Of a stretch of 64,000 bases of DNA, positions 23,554 through 33,950 are shown piece by piece. The notes beneath the pieces were generated by a model. That model made no database searches. It was not told where the DNA came from and worked only from the letters and a program-made list of their open reading frames with translations. How positions within the stretch are numbered: position 1 is the stretch's first letter; every line of letters starts with the position of its first letter. Made by a program: the position numbers and the translations under genes. The stretch is from Chloropicon primus (lineage: Eukaryota): assembly GCA_023205875.1 (NCBI GenBank), contig CP060771.1, forward strand, positions 1 to 64,000, read 5' to 3'.

Positions 23554-24196
23554 CCAAACCAATCCAATCCAATCCACTTTGCAAGCCACCGATGACCCTG
23601 TGCCTCTGTCTCTGTCTCTGTCTCTTTCTCCGTGTCTGCCTATGTTGGTTCCTATCCCAATGAGGCCAGGTCCACAAGGCCGAACTCCAAGGTTCCCTTC
23701 CCTTCCCTTCCCTTCCCTTGTCCCTCACTCGTGGGTTCCCTCCCCAATGCCCCTGCCCCTCCCCTCCATGAAGCGATGCCTTTGTCCGTGTTCGTTCGTC
23801 AGTGTCGTCAGTATGTTGGAGTGCGGTGAGGTGGCGAGCGCCGGGGTCAACCTCCACGTCCACGTCCACGTCCACCCTTCCCCTTCCCTCCTCCGCGTCG
23901 TGTGTTCGGTCAGCGAGGAGGCGAGGAGGCGAGGAGTGTCCCCTTCAGAGTCACCATCACCACGGCGACGAGGAGCAAGGACGAGGAGGAGGAGGAGACA
24001 GCGGTTGGGTTGGCGTCGAGGCGCAACACACTAGACACCGCACGACACGACACGACACGACACGACACGCACTTGACTGACTCACTGACAGAGAGAGAGG
24101 AGAGTGAGATTGAGATAGAGAAGCAGCTTCCACTTCATCAGCAGAGCAGGAGCAGGAGGGGGAGAGGAGAGAGGCTTCAGGGTTTGGAAAGGAAGG

Positions 24197-26037
24197 ATGA
24201 AGAGGTGGATGGTGTTTTATGTTGGTGTGGGATTGGCTTTCGCATTGTCCTTGGTCCAAGGGAGTTCGTATACCTCGCCTGAGGACTACACAAAGTATTC
24301 CACCTCACAGGTCTACACCTTTCCGACCAAGTCCACCAACCTGGACAAGGCTCTCACCTGCCAGAGTTCTATCACATGTTCGTCCACAGCAACTCCAAGG
24401 AGGAGAACTCCACGAGGAGGGTCAGCATTCCAACACAAGGTGGACTAGAGGACGCTCACCCAGTCCATGGCATTCAGACGAGTGAGGGATCCATGGTCCT
24501 CTGTGGCAAGGCATCGGTCTTGGAGGGGGAGGCTGAGCTTGGTTCAGAGGCCTTTGCGATCAAGGTGGATGGCCTTGGAGGATTGGTGTGGTCCTGGTCG
24601 AGTGGGCTGGTAAGGAAAGGAAAGGGAAGTAACGTCGCCAACGCCGTCGTGCAGGTTTCCTCCAAGGAGGTGCTTGTCGTGGGGTACTCGACCATTTCCG
24701 GATCCAGCGGTGCCAAGTCAGGAGCGAGAACGATGTGGAAGCTCGACCTGCAGACAGGAGGAGAGCTGTGGAAGGCTGAGCTCGGTCAGAATGACGCAGG
24801 GTCGAAAACCAGCGCGTATGAGATGGCGGAGGTAGACGGGGATTCATTGTTGTTGAGCGGCGTTACCAACAAGGACAACTTGGATGAGATGTTCTTCAAG
24901 AGTTATGGCAACGTCGCTGAAGGTGTCGCCTTTGTGGAGAGCTTCCCGCTGTCTTCGATTGCAGGACTCGTGACGCCCAAACCAACTGACAGCGCTCGCA
25001 GCTGGATCACGACTTTTGCTGGTTACTCCACTGCGAAAGCCGCGCGAGCGGCCGGGGACTCTGTCGCCGTGCTACTTTACGGTGAAGATAATGAGAAGCA
25101 TGCAGGGCTTGCTGTTGTGAACAAGAAGGATGGGGCGCACGGATCTTCCTGGCCAAAAAATTACGGAAACAGCCACGGAGAAGCAACTGACCTGGTGGTG
25201 AGCCACGACAAAAAGGCTGTGGTGATCACGGGACACAAGAGCGTCGAGCCCGGAACCTATAGCGGGGCCTTATCGAAGATCACCTTGGACCAAGGCATCC
25301 TCTCCTGGAGTAAGTTTTACGGCGCAGGAGGCAACCCGTACCTGATCTACAATGAGTGCTGGTCGGTTGCGAGGGTGGGCACTGACGGTTATATCTTGGG
25401 ATGCGGAACGGGGATTGAAGGATGCGAGGACACGGCGGCCAAAGAAAAGGGGTTCTATGATGATTGCGTAAAGGGAAAGGGTGACACCAGGGATGGAGCC
25501 ATTAACAGACCCCCTGGGGTCTGGCAGTCTTACTTGAACGTCGTTTCCGAGGACGGAAATCTCCTTTATTCTCGGGTCGACCAGTACAGACAAGCCGATC
25601 CGCTGGATGAGTTCCCCTTGGGGGCTCCAAGCTGGTCTGAGAATAGAATGCAGAGCAGCGCTGCCGAGTGGGTGTTTGAAACGACGGACGGGGGTATCAC
25701 AGTCATCACCGACGAGCAGTTCGGTATCGGTCTTTTGAAGTTGAAGGGATCGACGACGACGACGCCAGGGGGACCTGCATCGCCATCGCCAGCACCCACA
25801 CCAACACCCACTCCCACACCAGCACCAGCACCGGGCTCGCCTGGTCTAGTAACGGGGAGAGCTATGTACAACCAGGATCCCCAAGTTGAGGAGAAAGGCG
25901 ACGACACCCTGACTCTGGTGCTGATCATCGTCGGCGCCGTGCTCGGTTGTGCCATTCTCGGCTACGGGGCTTTTGTTCTTGTCAACAGAAGGAAGGCCAA
26001 GGCCGGCGAGTGGACAGTTGTGGCTGGAGAGCTCTGA
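24197..26037 (+). CDS. Type I membrane protein: signal peptide, beta-propeller-like ectodomain, Pro/Thr linker, TM helix; apparent -1 frameshift between ~24350 and 24445
   Basis: ORF 24197-24448 supplies a signal peptide. ORF 24376-26037 has W/G-rich beta repeats, PAPTPTPTP and a TM helix followed by NRRK. Confidence 0.7.
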
Positions 26038-26084
26038 ACACGATGGGCACGATGGGCCCCACCGGATTCCATCATTATCATCAC

Positions 26085-26425
26085 CACCACCATCATCACC
26101 TCCCTCCTCCTCCCCTTGGCCTGATCAGTGATGATCCATGACCTTCTTTCCCGGTTACCCCATCAAGCGAGGGCTCTTTGGAAAGAGGGAGAGGAGCGTG
26201 AATTCATTGTCCTTCGACCTCCCACCTTCCCCCTCCTTCCCCGCCACCACCACCATCATCACCTCCCTCCTCTCCCTTTGGCCTGATCAGTGATGATCCA
26301 TGACCTTCTTTCCCGGTTACCCCATCAAGCGAGGGTTCTTTGGAAAGAGGGAGAGGAGCGTGAATTCATTGTCCTTCGACCTCCCACCTTCCCCCTCCTT
26401 CCCCGCCACCACCACCACCATCATC
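26085..26425. repeat. Direct tandem duplication, ~162-bp period, upstream of acyl-CoA oxidase
   Basis: CTGATCAGTGATGATCCATGACCTTCTTTCCCGG at 26121 and 26283, with small differences between copies. Confidence 0.93.
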
Positions 26426-26494
26426 ACCACCACCACCCACCACCATCTCATCCATCATCTGTGGCTGTGGCGCATTCTCATTCTGAGGCGAGGG

Positions 26495-28615
26495 ATGGCG
26501 GACGAGAGAGCGAAGAAGGTGTCGGAGGAGGCGACCGAGGCGGTGAGGAGGACGTGGAGGGACCCAAAGGTCGACATCTCGAGGGAGAGGGAGGTCTCCA
26601 CCGTGGATTCTGGTGCTCTCGCTTGCGTTCTCGCGGGAGGAGAGGAAAGCTTGAAGAGGAGGGGGGTTCTGAGCCGGCTTCTTCAAGCGGAACCATGGGC
26701 GAACAAGGCCGACAGGTACTTCCTGTCGCGGGAGGAGCTCCACAAGCGAGGCCTCCAGGTTGCGATCGGAATCCGGGAGCTCGTGGAGAAGCACGGCCTG
26801 TCTTATGACGATGCATTGACGATGAGAAAGCTGGTGGACTTGCCTGGTGGTTTCGAGCTGCACTTCGGGATGTGGATGCCAACGCTGCTCAATCAGGGGA
26901 CGGAGGAGCAGCTCGAGAAGTGGATGGGGCCGTCGATAGGGATGGAGATCCTTGGGACGTACGCACAGACGGAGCTCGGCCACGGCACCTTTCTGAAGGG
27001 GCTGGAGACCACCGCGAGCTTTGACGAGGAGAGGGACGAATTTATAGTCAACTCTCCGACGAATACGGCGACCAAGTGGTGGCCGGGCGGCCTTGGCAAG
27101 ACTGCAACCCACGCCGTGGTGATGTGCCGCCTCTTCATCAAGGGAAGGGACTACGGGCCGCACCCTTTTGTCGTGCAGCTGAGGGACCTCGAGACGCACC
27201 TGCCGTTGCCGGGGAGAACGATCGGCGACATCGGGCCAAAGATGGGATACAACGGCGTCGACAACGGATTCTTGAGCTTCGATCACGTCAGGATCCCACG
27301 AGGAGCTTTGCTGCAGAGGTACACGAAGGTCACGAGGGAAGGTTCGTACGTCCCTCCGCCGAAGCAGAACGCAAAATCGAGCTACGCGACCATGGTGAGC
27401 GTCAGAGCCGACATCGTGGAGTATGCCGGGGAGGTCCTGTCCAAGGCCGTGACCATCGCGGTCAGGTACAACGCCGTGAGGCGGCAAACCACCTCGGTGC
27501 CTGGCCAGCCGGAGGAGATCATTCTGAACTACCAGCAGTCTGCCCGGAACCTTATCTCGCAAATTGCCATCTCGTATGCGTTGCTCTTCATGGGCAGGTC
27601 GATGCACCAGATGCACGAATCGTTTGAAGCAGATCGGGAAAGCGGCGACTTTGGGCTCCTGCCCGAGCTCCACGCCACGAGCTCGTGCCTCAAGGCCCTG
27701 TGCACGTGGCTGACGACGTCGGGCATTGAGATTTGTCGGCAAAGTTGCGGGGGCCAGGGCTACTCGGTATTGTCGGGGCTGCCGGGATTGTACACGAACT
27801 ACGTCCAGAACCTAACTTGGGAGGGCGACAACACCATCCTCTGCCTGCAGACAGCGAGGTACTTGACCAAAACCTTGATGAGCATCTTGCAGGCCCACAA
27901 GAGGGGGGACAGTCAGCCCGCCTTGGCCGAAACGGTGGCCTACCTTGCCGGGACCGTGCAGGAGGACCCGTTCCTGGACCTCTCCAGGCAAGATTTGGAG
28001 CTGCACGACCTCTTCAGCTTTGAGGTCCTCGATTCGTTGATGTCCCAGCGGAGCCTCTTTGTCGCGAAGCAGGCGCTGGAGAACCTCGAGGCCAATGCCA
28101 GGAGGATGGAGGTCCGGGTGCAGCTTGGCGAGGGGCTCGCCTGGAACGCGTCTCACGTCTCCCTGGTCAAGCTCGCAAAGTGCCATGGCTGGCTTCTCCT
28201 CCACAGGAGCTTCTTCGGTCAAGTCGCCGCGCTGGAGAAGGACGCGAAGCTGCCTGACTCCTCAGTGAAGGTTTTGAGGGACGTGGCCTTCCTTTTCACA
28301 TTGTGTCACGTGGAGGACTCCCTCGGTGACTTTTTGGAGGGTAACATCCTGCTGCCCTCGCAGGCCTCCGTGATTCACGAGGCCGTCCAGGAGCTCCTCA
28401 GGAAGCTGCGCACGGAGGCCGTCGCGTTGGTCGACGCGTTCAGCCACGATGATTACTCCCTCAACAGCGCGATCGGTTCGAGGGACGGTGATGTCTACAA
28501 TCGCCTGTTGAGGATGGCGCGGTCCAGCCCCTTCAATGCGACCCAAGAGGGCCCTGCCTGGGACGCCATCCTCAACCCCTTCTTCAACAGAGGGAAAAGG
28601 ACCGCAAAGTTGTAG
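26495..28615 (+). CDS. ACX1: Peroxisomal acyl-CoA oxidase
   Basis: GTYAQTELGHG, TKWWPGGLG, GDIGPKMG, DNG, CRQSCGGQGY, TWEGDNTIL; C-terminal PTS1 -AKL. Confidence 0.96.
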   Translation: MADERAKKVSEEATEAVRRTWRDPKVDISREREVSTVDSGALACVLAGGEESLKRRGVLSRLLQAEPWANKADRYFLSREELHKRGLQVAIGIRELVEKHGLSYDDALTMRKLVDLPGGFELHFGMWMPTLLNQGTEEQLEKWMGPSIGMEILGTYAQTELGHGTFLKGLETTASFDEERDEFIVNSPTNTATKWWPGGLGKTATHAVVMCRLFIKGRDYGPHPFVVQLRDLETHLPLPGRTIGDIGPKMGYNGVDNGFLSFDHVRIPRGALLQRYTKVTREGSYVPPPKQNAKSSYATMVSVRADIVEYAGEVLSKAVTIAVRYNAVRRQTTSVPGQPEEIILNYQQSARNLISQIAISYALLFMGRSMHQMHESFEADRESGDFGLLPELHATSSCLKALCTWLTTSGIEICRQSCGGQGYSVLSGLPGLYTNYVQNLTWEGDNTILCLQTARYLTKTLMSILQAHKRGDSQPALAETVAYLAGTVQEDPFLDLSRQDLELHDLFSFEVLDSLMSQRSLFVAKQALENLEANARRMEVRVQLGEGLAWNASHVSLVKLAKCHGWLLLHRSFFGQVAALEKDAKLPDSSVKVLRDVAFLFTLCHVEDSLGDFLEGNILLPSQASVIHEAVQELLRKLRTEAVALVDAFSHDDYSLNSAIGSRDGDVYNRLLRMARSSPFNATQEGPAWDAILNPFFNRGKRTAKL

Positions 28616-29010
28616 GGGAGGGGGGAAGAATCGACAAAAACAACTCCCTCTCTATCTATATCTAAATCTATATCTATATTTTATCAATACTGTGATTAAG
28701 TTTATACGACAAGTGGATGAAAAAAAAAAGGTAATGAAGTGCAATGCCATTCCTATTCTTGTTCCCAGCCTCAACCTCCAAACCAATCCACTTTGCAAGC
28801 CACCGATGAACCCCGTGCCTCTCTCTCTCTCTCTGCCTCACCAACCCCCCCCCCCCCTCCTCCTCTGTCCAAGCTCAGCCGTTATGGATAACGAAGGAAG
28901 GGCTCCTCTCTCTCTCGGCGTCTCGCTCGCTCGTTTTCTTTCTGTTCGTGTTCGCGAGGGACGCGACGGCGACGGCGGCGGAGGACAACGCGACGACTCG
29001 ATAGGATAGG

Positions 29011-30675
29011 ATGCTCGGCGACGGCGACGGTGGTCTTAGGGGTTTGTGGGAGGCGGCCTCTGCCCTCAAGGAGGAGGCGGGACCCTTGCTCGCCTCCCTG
29101 AAGAAGTGCGACGCCGGATTGGTCGACTTTGGTAGGACGCTGGAGCTCGGGTACGGGTATGGTGGCTCGGAAGAGGAAGGGGAAGGGGGTGCGAAGGCTC
29201 GCTCCTCTTCCTCTGCCGTTTCCGTTTCCCTCGTGCAATCGATGCACAGGTTCCTGGCCAAGGCGAGGTTCAACCTGGGGATGTTCGCCTTCTTCGCGCC
29301 GTGGGCGGGGGCCATAGCCCTGAGTGGGCTCGCCACCGCGGCGGTGGTCATGGCGCTCTTCCCCGTGACGGTGGTGCTGGAGGTCGTGTTCTACGTCTTC
29401 ATGTCTCGGAGGAGGAGGGGACTGCTCTTGGTGAGCGAGGAGGGGACCAAGCCCATCTGCAAGGAAGAGTGCGTCGGGCACATGAAGCAGGTGCAGGAGT
29501 CCATGGTGGATCTGGCGAGGGACTCGCCGGGGCTCGCGACGGCCTTCTTGTCGGATTGGTTCAGGGGTGGGGACCCGGGGGGCGTGACTCGGGCGGACGC
29601 CCTCGAGTGGATGTCGCAGAACTTCATGTTCCGGGATTATTGCGACCTGGAGACGGAGGCCGAGAGGGAGACGGTCCACGAGGTGGTCGACGTCGTGGAG
29701 GACCTCTTCGGCCACGAGAAGCTCTTGGGATCCGGATTCAAGTTCCAAGAGGGGGGAAGGAGAATGCAGTGCCTGAAGAGCGGCTTCAGCGTCTACAAGG
29801 ACTACGAGACTCGGCACTACCCTCTCAGCGTCTACCTGGGCATCCGCGTGTTCAAGCAGCTGGCGGAGGTCCTCGTCGGGCAGTTGGGGTTCGAGCGGCA
29901 CGAGGGGTCGGGCCTGACGTACTGGCTGAGGGGCGGGGGCAGCAGGAGGGGGAAGGGGGCGAGGCCCATCGTGTTCTTCCACGGGATAGGCACCGGGGTG
30001 TCGTCCTACGCGGTGATCCTGAAGGCCCTGTGCATCGCCTACCCGGACTCGTCCATCATGATGGTTGAGCTGCCCCTGGTGGCCATGGAGATGCCTTGGG
30101 GCGAGGGCTGGATCGCAGAGCGGCCCACCTCCAGCGAGGAGACCCTGTGCAAGCCTCTGCTTCAGGTTCTGTTGAAGCACGAGCTCCTGCACCGGCGCCC
30201 CGTCGTCATGGGCCACTCGTTCGGGTGCTTTGCGTGCCGGTGGGTTCTCAACCACAAGGAGCTCGCGAGATGCCTCGGGGGGTGCGTCCTGCTCGATCCC
30301 CTCGTGTTCCTCCTCCCTTACCCCGACATCAGCAAGAGGCTCGAGGGGGAGCCCAAAACATTTTACGAGTTCTTCGTCAGGAAGATCATCATGAGGGAGC
30401 CGGGTGTCGCGTTCGCGCTGAACAGGAAGTCCAAGTGGCCAAAGTGCTGCCTGTGGCAGAAGGACCTGGAGGACATCAGGCAGGACAACGCGGACTTCAA
30501 AGTGGCCATCGCCCTGAGCAAGAGGGACTGCTTCTTCGACGTCACGGTGGTGGAGAGGCACCTGAAGAAGAAGCCCTGGCAGCACCACGAGACTTACGAC
30601 TGCACCCACGGCGAGCTCATTTTTCGCCCGGACCTAATATGTGGAACCATGAAGATGATCCACTTTGTGATGTGA
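29011..30675 (+). CDS. Alpha/beta-hydrolase fold protein with N-terminal TM segments
   Basis: PIVFFHGIG oxyanion motif, MGHSFG nucleophile elbow, LLDP and a late HG. Confidence 0.85.
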   Translation: MLGDGDGGLRGLWEAASALKEEAGPLLASLKKCDAGLVDFGRTLELGYGYGGSEEEGEGGAKARSSSSAVSVSLVQSMHRFLAKARFNLGMFAFFAPWAGAIALSGLATAAVVMALFPVTVVLEVVFYVFMSRRRRGLLLVSEEGTKPICKEECVGHMKQVQESMVDLARDSPGLATAFLSDWFRGGDPGGVTRADALEWMSQNFMFRDYCDLETEAERETVHEVVDVVEDLFGHEKLLGSGFKFQEGGRRMQCLKSGFSVYKDYETRHYPLSVYLGIRVFKQLAEVLVGQLGFERHEGSGLTYWLRGGGSRRGKGARPIVFFHGIGTGVSSYAVILKALCIAYPDSSIMMVELPLVAMEMPWGEGWIAERPTSSEETLCKPLLQVLLKHELLHRRPVVMGHSFGCFACRWVLNHKELARCLGGCVLLDPLVFLLPYPDISKRLEGEPKTFYEFFVRKIIMREPGVAFALNRKSKWPKCCLWQKDLEDIRQDNADFKVAIALSKRDCFFDVTVVERHLKKKPWQHHETYDCTHGELIFRPDLICGTMKMIHFVM

Positions 30676-31239
30676 CATGCAACACAGCGCGGTTTCTTCC
30701 TCCGAGGAGCTACATCCTGTCCCATCATTTCCTTTCTCTCACTGGATCGATCGATCGATCCAGGGCAACCTCATCGGAGCGAGTTCCTGATGGATGTTCT
30801 GAAAACGTCCTTGGGAGGCCAAAACCCCCTTCTCCCTCCCCCTCCCCTCCTCCTCCTCCTCCTTCATCACCAGCCTCTCCATCCTCAATCCATCCAATCC
30901 CTCTGCTCCTCGGAAAGAGGGAGGAAGAGGGGCGGCAGAGGAAGACAAAGCAGCGGTTCCACCTGCAAGTGCTGGCCCTCCTCCTCCTCCTCCTCCTCAT
31001 CATCATCATCCTTGCTCCTCTCCTCCTCTCTTCCTCCTCCTCATCATCATCATCCTTGCTCCTCTCCTCCTCTCTTCCTCTTCCTCGATTCTCAGGAGAG
31101 GCTCGTGCGTTAAAGAAGAACAGAATTCCGTTGGCGGAGACGGAGAGCGAGGACCTCGACGACGACGACGACGACGACGAGGGCGACGACGACCAGAGAG
31201 AGGGTGAACGAAGGAAGGGCGTTATACTGAACCGACACC

Positions 31240-32063
31240 ATGGACGTCGGTGCGATGGCGACCGCGAGGGGAGGACTACTCGGAGCAGAGTGGGTGAGTG
31301 GAGGATGAGCGTTGCACATACCGAATTACCCTAGGGCGTTACGTTACGTTGGGTCCGAGTCCGAGTCCGAGGAAGAACATCACCTCGCCACTGCCACCGC
31401 CATCGTCATGAGTTATGAGTCATGACCACCGCGTCGTGGCCTGAGCTGCGGTTGACACTGACCTTCCCTCTCCCTCGCGCTCTCGCTCTCGCTCTGTCCT
31501 TGTTTCTCTTCGGTGGTGGCGGTGGGCAGCTCACCTCCCTGATCATGTTCAGCACGATGGCGAGCGCAGGGGACAGAGACTCCGCGCGAGGGTACGTCAT
31601 TGCCATAGGAGTTATCATGTGGCTCCTCACCAGCGCGATTGCGGTGTGCTACTTGCTGTCGTACAACCACGAGCTGCCGATGATCCACTTGGACCACCAA
31701 GGACCAGTGGTGCAGATCACCGGGAAGCTCACGCTGGAGTTGGTGTACTACGCATTGTTCTCCTTCCTTTCCCTCGTCGCGTTTTTCTGCGCGGCATCGC
31801 ATGCACACGGCTCCGGCGCTGCTGCGGCCTCGGCGGTAAGTCTTCTGTGGTGCGCTTTGGATTGACGATAGACTGACCTTACCCGTCCGTTTCAGTTCTT
31901 TGGAGTGGTCCTGTCGATTTGCACGATGACGTCGTGCTTCGTGACGTACAAGGATCTCGCCGAGGAGTTCCAGGGTCACATTGGTCCGGGTCTGACGCCA
32001 GGTCAGCCCGCCAGCATGGCGCAGCCAACGTCGTCCGGGGTGATCCCAGGCTCGCAGTTCTGA
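31240..32063 (+). CDS. Small 4-TM MARVEL/CASP-like membrane protein; exons 31240-31293, 31530-31835, 31896-32063
   Basis: Two phase-0 GT-AG introns (CTGAC at 31458 and 31873) join MDVGAMATARGGLLGAEW|LTSLIMFSTMAS...AAAASA|FFGVVLSIC...SQF*. Four hydrophobic helices. Confidence 0.7.
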
Positions 32064-32188
32064 GAGCTCAAGGGAATGGGCAGGGGGAGGGAGAGAAGAC
32101 AATTCAAAAGAAGCATTTTCATGTTGTTGTTTGTTTTCCAAAGTTGATGTACAGTATCAGTCCCCTCTTCGATAGAAAAAGTATGCGT

Positions 32189-33457
32189 TTACGTGTTCAC
32201 GGAAAGTGGCGACCAATTGCAAGACTCTTCCGTCTCGCTGCACGGGGTGTAAGCTCCTTCCCCCATGGACTTCCTTCTGCCAGCGAGGCTCCTCCTCAGC
32301 TCGGTCATCAGCCCGCTGCTCTGCTTCCCGGTGCTCATCGGCGTCGGCGTGAACGCCACGCTTGGGTGCACGTTCTCCAAGCCAGTCACCTCGTGAGGGT
32401 TCCCCCTTCGCCCCTTCCCTCCAAACTTTGCAGCGGGGGGGTGCAACTTCACACCTTGCCTGATCTGGGCCAAGATGTTGAGGTTCTGCTGCAGCGGGAC
32501 CGGCATCCTTCCCCGCGTCATCGGCGCCGGAGCCGCCTCCGTCACGCGTTGCGACGTGACCTCCTCGCACGGCCCCGCGATGGCGGGGGTCCGCAGAGAG
32601 ATCGTTTTCTCGGCTGAAATGGCTAGGCTTCCTCCATCCTCGGCGCTCCTCCGGCTGCTCACGGGAGTTTCCAGCCACTTGTTGCCTTTCCTCGGCCTGC
32701 TTCGTGCTTTGGGCACAAAGTCTTCCCCTTCAAGGTCCTCCTGCAGCGTCCTCGTTGGTGCCAGGCCGTCCCTTCCGCTGACGCCCGCCTCGTCGCCGAC
32801 CAGCGTCTCGAGCCTTGAGATCAGCCTCTTCGCTTCGCTGACCAGAGCTGCCTCCTCTTCTGCTTCTTTCTTGCCCGAGTCCTGTGCAGGAGCAGAGGAG
32901 CTTCCAAGGAGGAACCGTGAACTCACTCTGTCCAGGAAGTGTATGCAGGTGGGTCCAATCCTGGTCTGTGGCCTGGCTTTATTTGCCAACACAATTTGGT
33001 TTCCCTTGGACTTCCCGTCCTCTGAGGTCTCAAGGACGAACCAAACTCCCCTATCGTCCACTCTCTTTCCTTCTCCGTACCCTCGAAGCACGACCTTGCT
33101 CCTCCCTCTCCTCCCTGCTGTCCTCGTGTCCAGGCAGAGGACTCTGCCACCACTGGAGACCGAGCGGATGATCAAAGCAGGCCGAGAGGAGCAAACCTCG
33201 TCCCTGCTGATGTCCTCAAAAGTGAAAAGGAACCGCGTCGGGTCCACCTCTTTCCCTTCCCTCACCACTTCACGTTCCAAGGTCCACAAAGATTCCATCT
33301 TGGCTGGCCTTGGCTTGAGCAACCATTTCTTGGCCTGGTTTGTTCCACCACTGGAAGCCTTTCGGTGACTGCACTGGCACACCTCAATGGTTGCGACCTT
33401 TGGCCTCCTGGGCCATTGCCTGGTGGCCGTGTCCTCGTCCTTGTCCTCCGTTGTCAT
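32189..33457 (-). CDS. Hypothetical protein with C-terminal WH2-Central-Acidic (VCA)-like module
   Basis: ILAQIRQGVKL (WH2-like), GLMTELRRSLAGRRKSM (C-helix-like), SETEESCNW (acidic, Trp). Confidence 0.6.
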   Translation of the reverse strand: MTTEDKDEDTATRQWPRRPKVATIEVCQCSHRKASSGGTNQAKKWLLKPRPAKMESLWTLEREVVREGKEVDPTRFLFTFEDISRDEVCSSRPALIIRSVSSGGRVLCLDTRTAGRRGRSKVVLRGYGEGKRVDDRGVWFVLETSEDGKSKGNQIVLANKARPQTRIGPTCIHFLDRVSSRFLLGSSSAPAQDSGKKEAEEEAALVSEAKRLISRLETLVGDEAGVSGRDGLAPTRTLQEDLEGEDFVPKARSRPRKGNKWLETPVSSRRSAEDGGSLAISAEKTISLRTPAIAGPCEEVTSQRVTEAAPAPMTRGRMPVPLQQNLNILAQIRQGVKLHPPAAKFGGKGRRGNPHEVTGLENVHPSVAFTPTPMSTGKQSSGLMTELRRSLAGRRKSMGEGAYTPCSETEESCNWSPLSVNT

Positions 33458-33950
33458 CCCAGTCGAGACGCTGCTTTCCTCCTTTCCTCCTCAGCTGTCG
33501 CTCTCCTGGCCCAAGGCTTCAACGGATGGATGCAGAGGGGAGGGAGGAGGAGGAACGGGGAGGAACAGAGGAGGAGGAGGAGGGGGATGAGGGCAAGGAG
33601 GGGGAAAGGGGAAGGGGAAAGGGGTGGAAGGGCTTTTGATGGACGGAAGCATCGCACTTCTTGTCCCCGTCTTCTTTTTTTTGGGGGGGGGAACTAGACT
33701 GACATCGGTGGGGCAGCAAGAAGGTGATGAAAGGGTAAGGAAGGTTGAGGGTGTTGAGTTGTGCCCGGTATGGCAAGGAGGTGTGGCTGGCGGGGTTCAA
33801 AGCCTCAGCTTGAATTGTTATTTATAATCTTTTCTTTTCTTTTCTATCCTTTCCTCATTCTTTCCTTACGCTTCGTCGAGGTCTCTGTCTCTCTCTCGAA
33901 GGAAGAAGCGAAAAAAGGAGGCGGCAAAAGCACGGTCCTTGGAGACGCAC

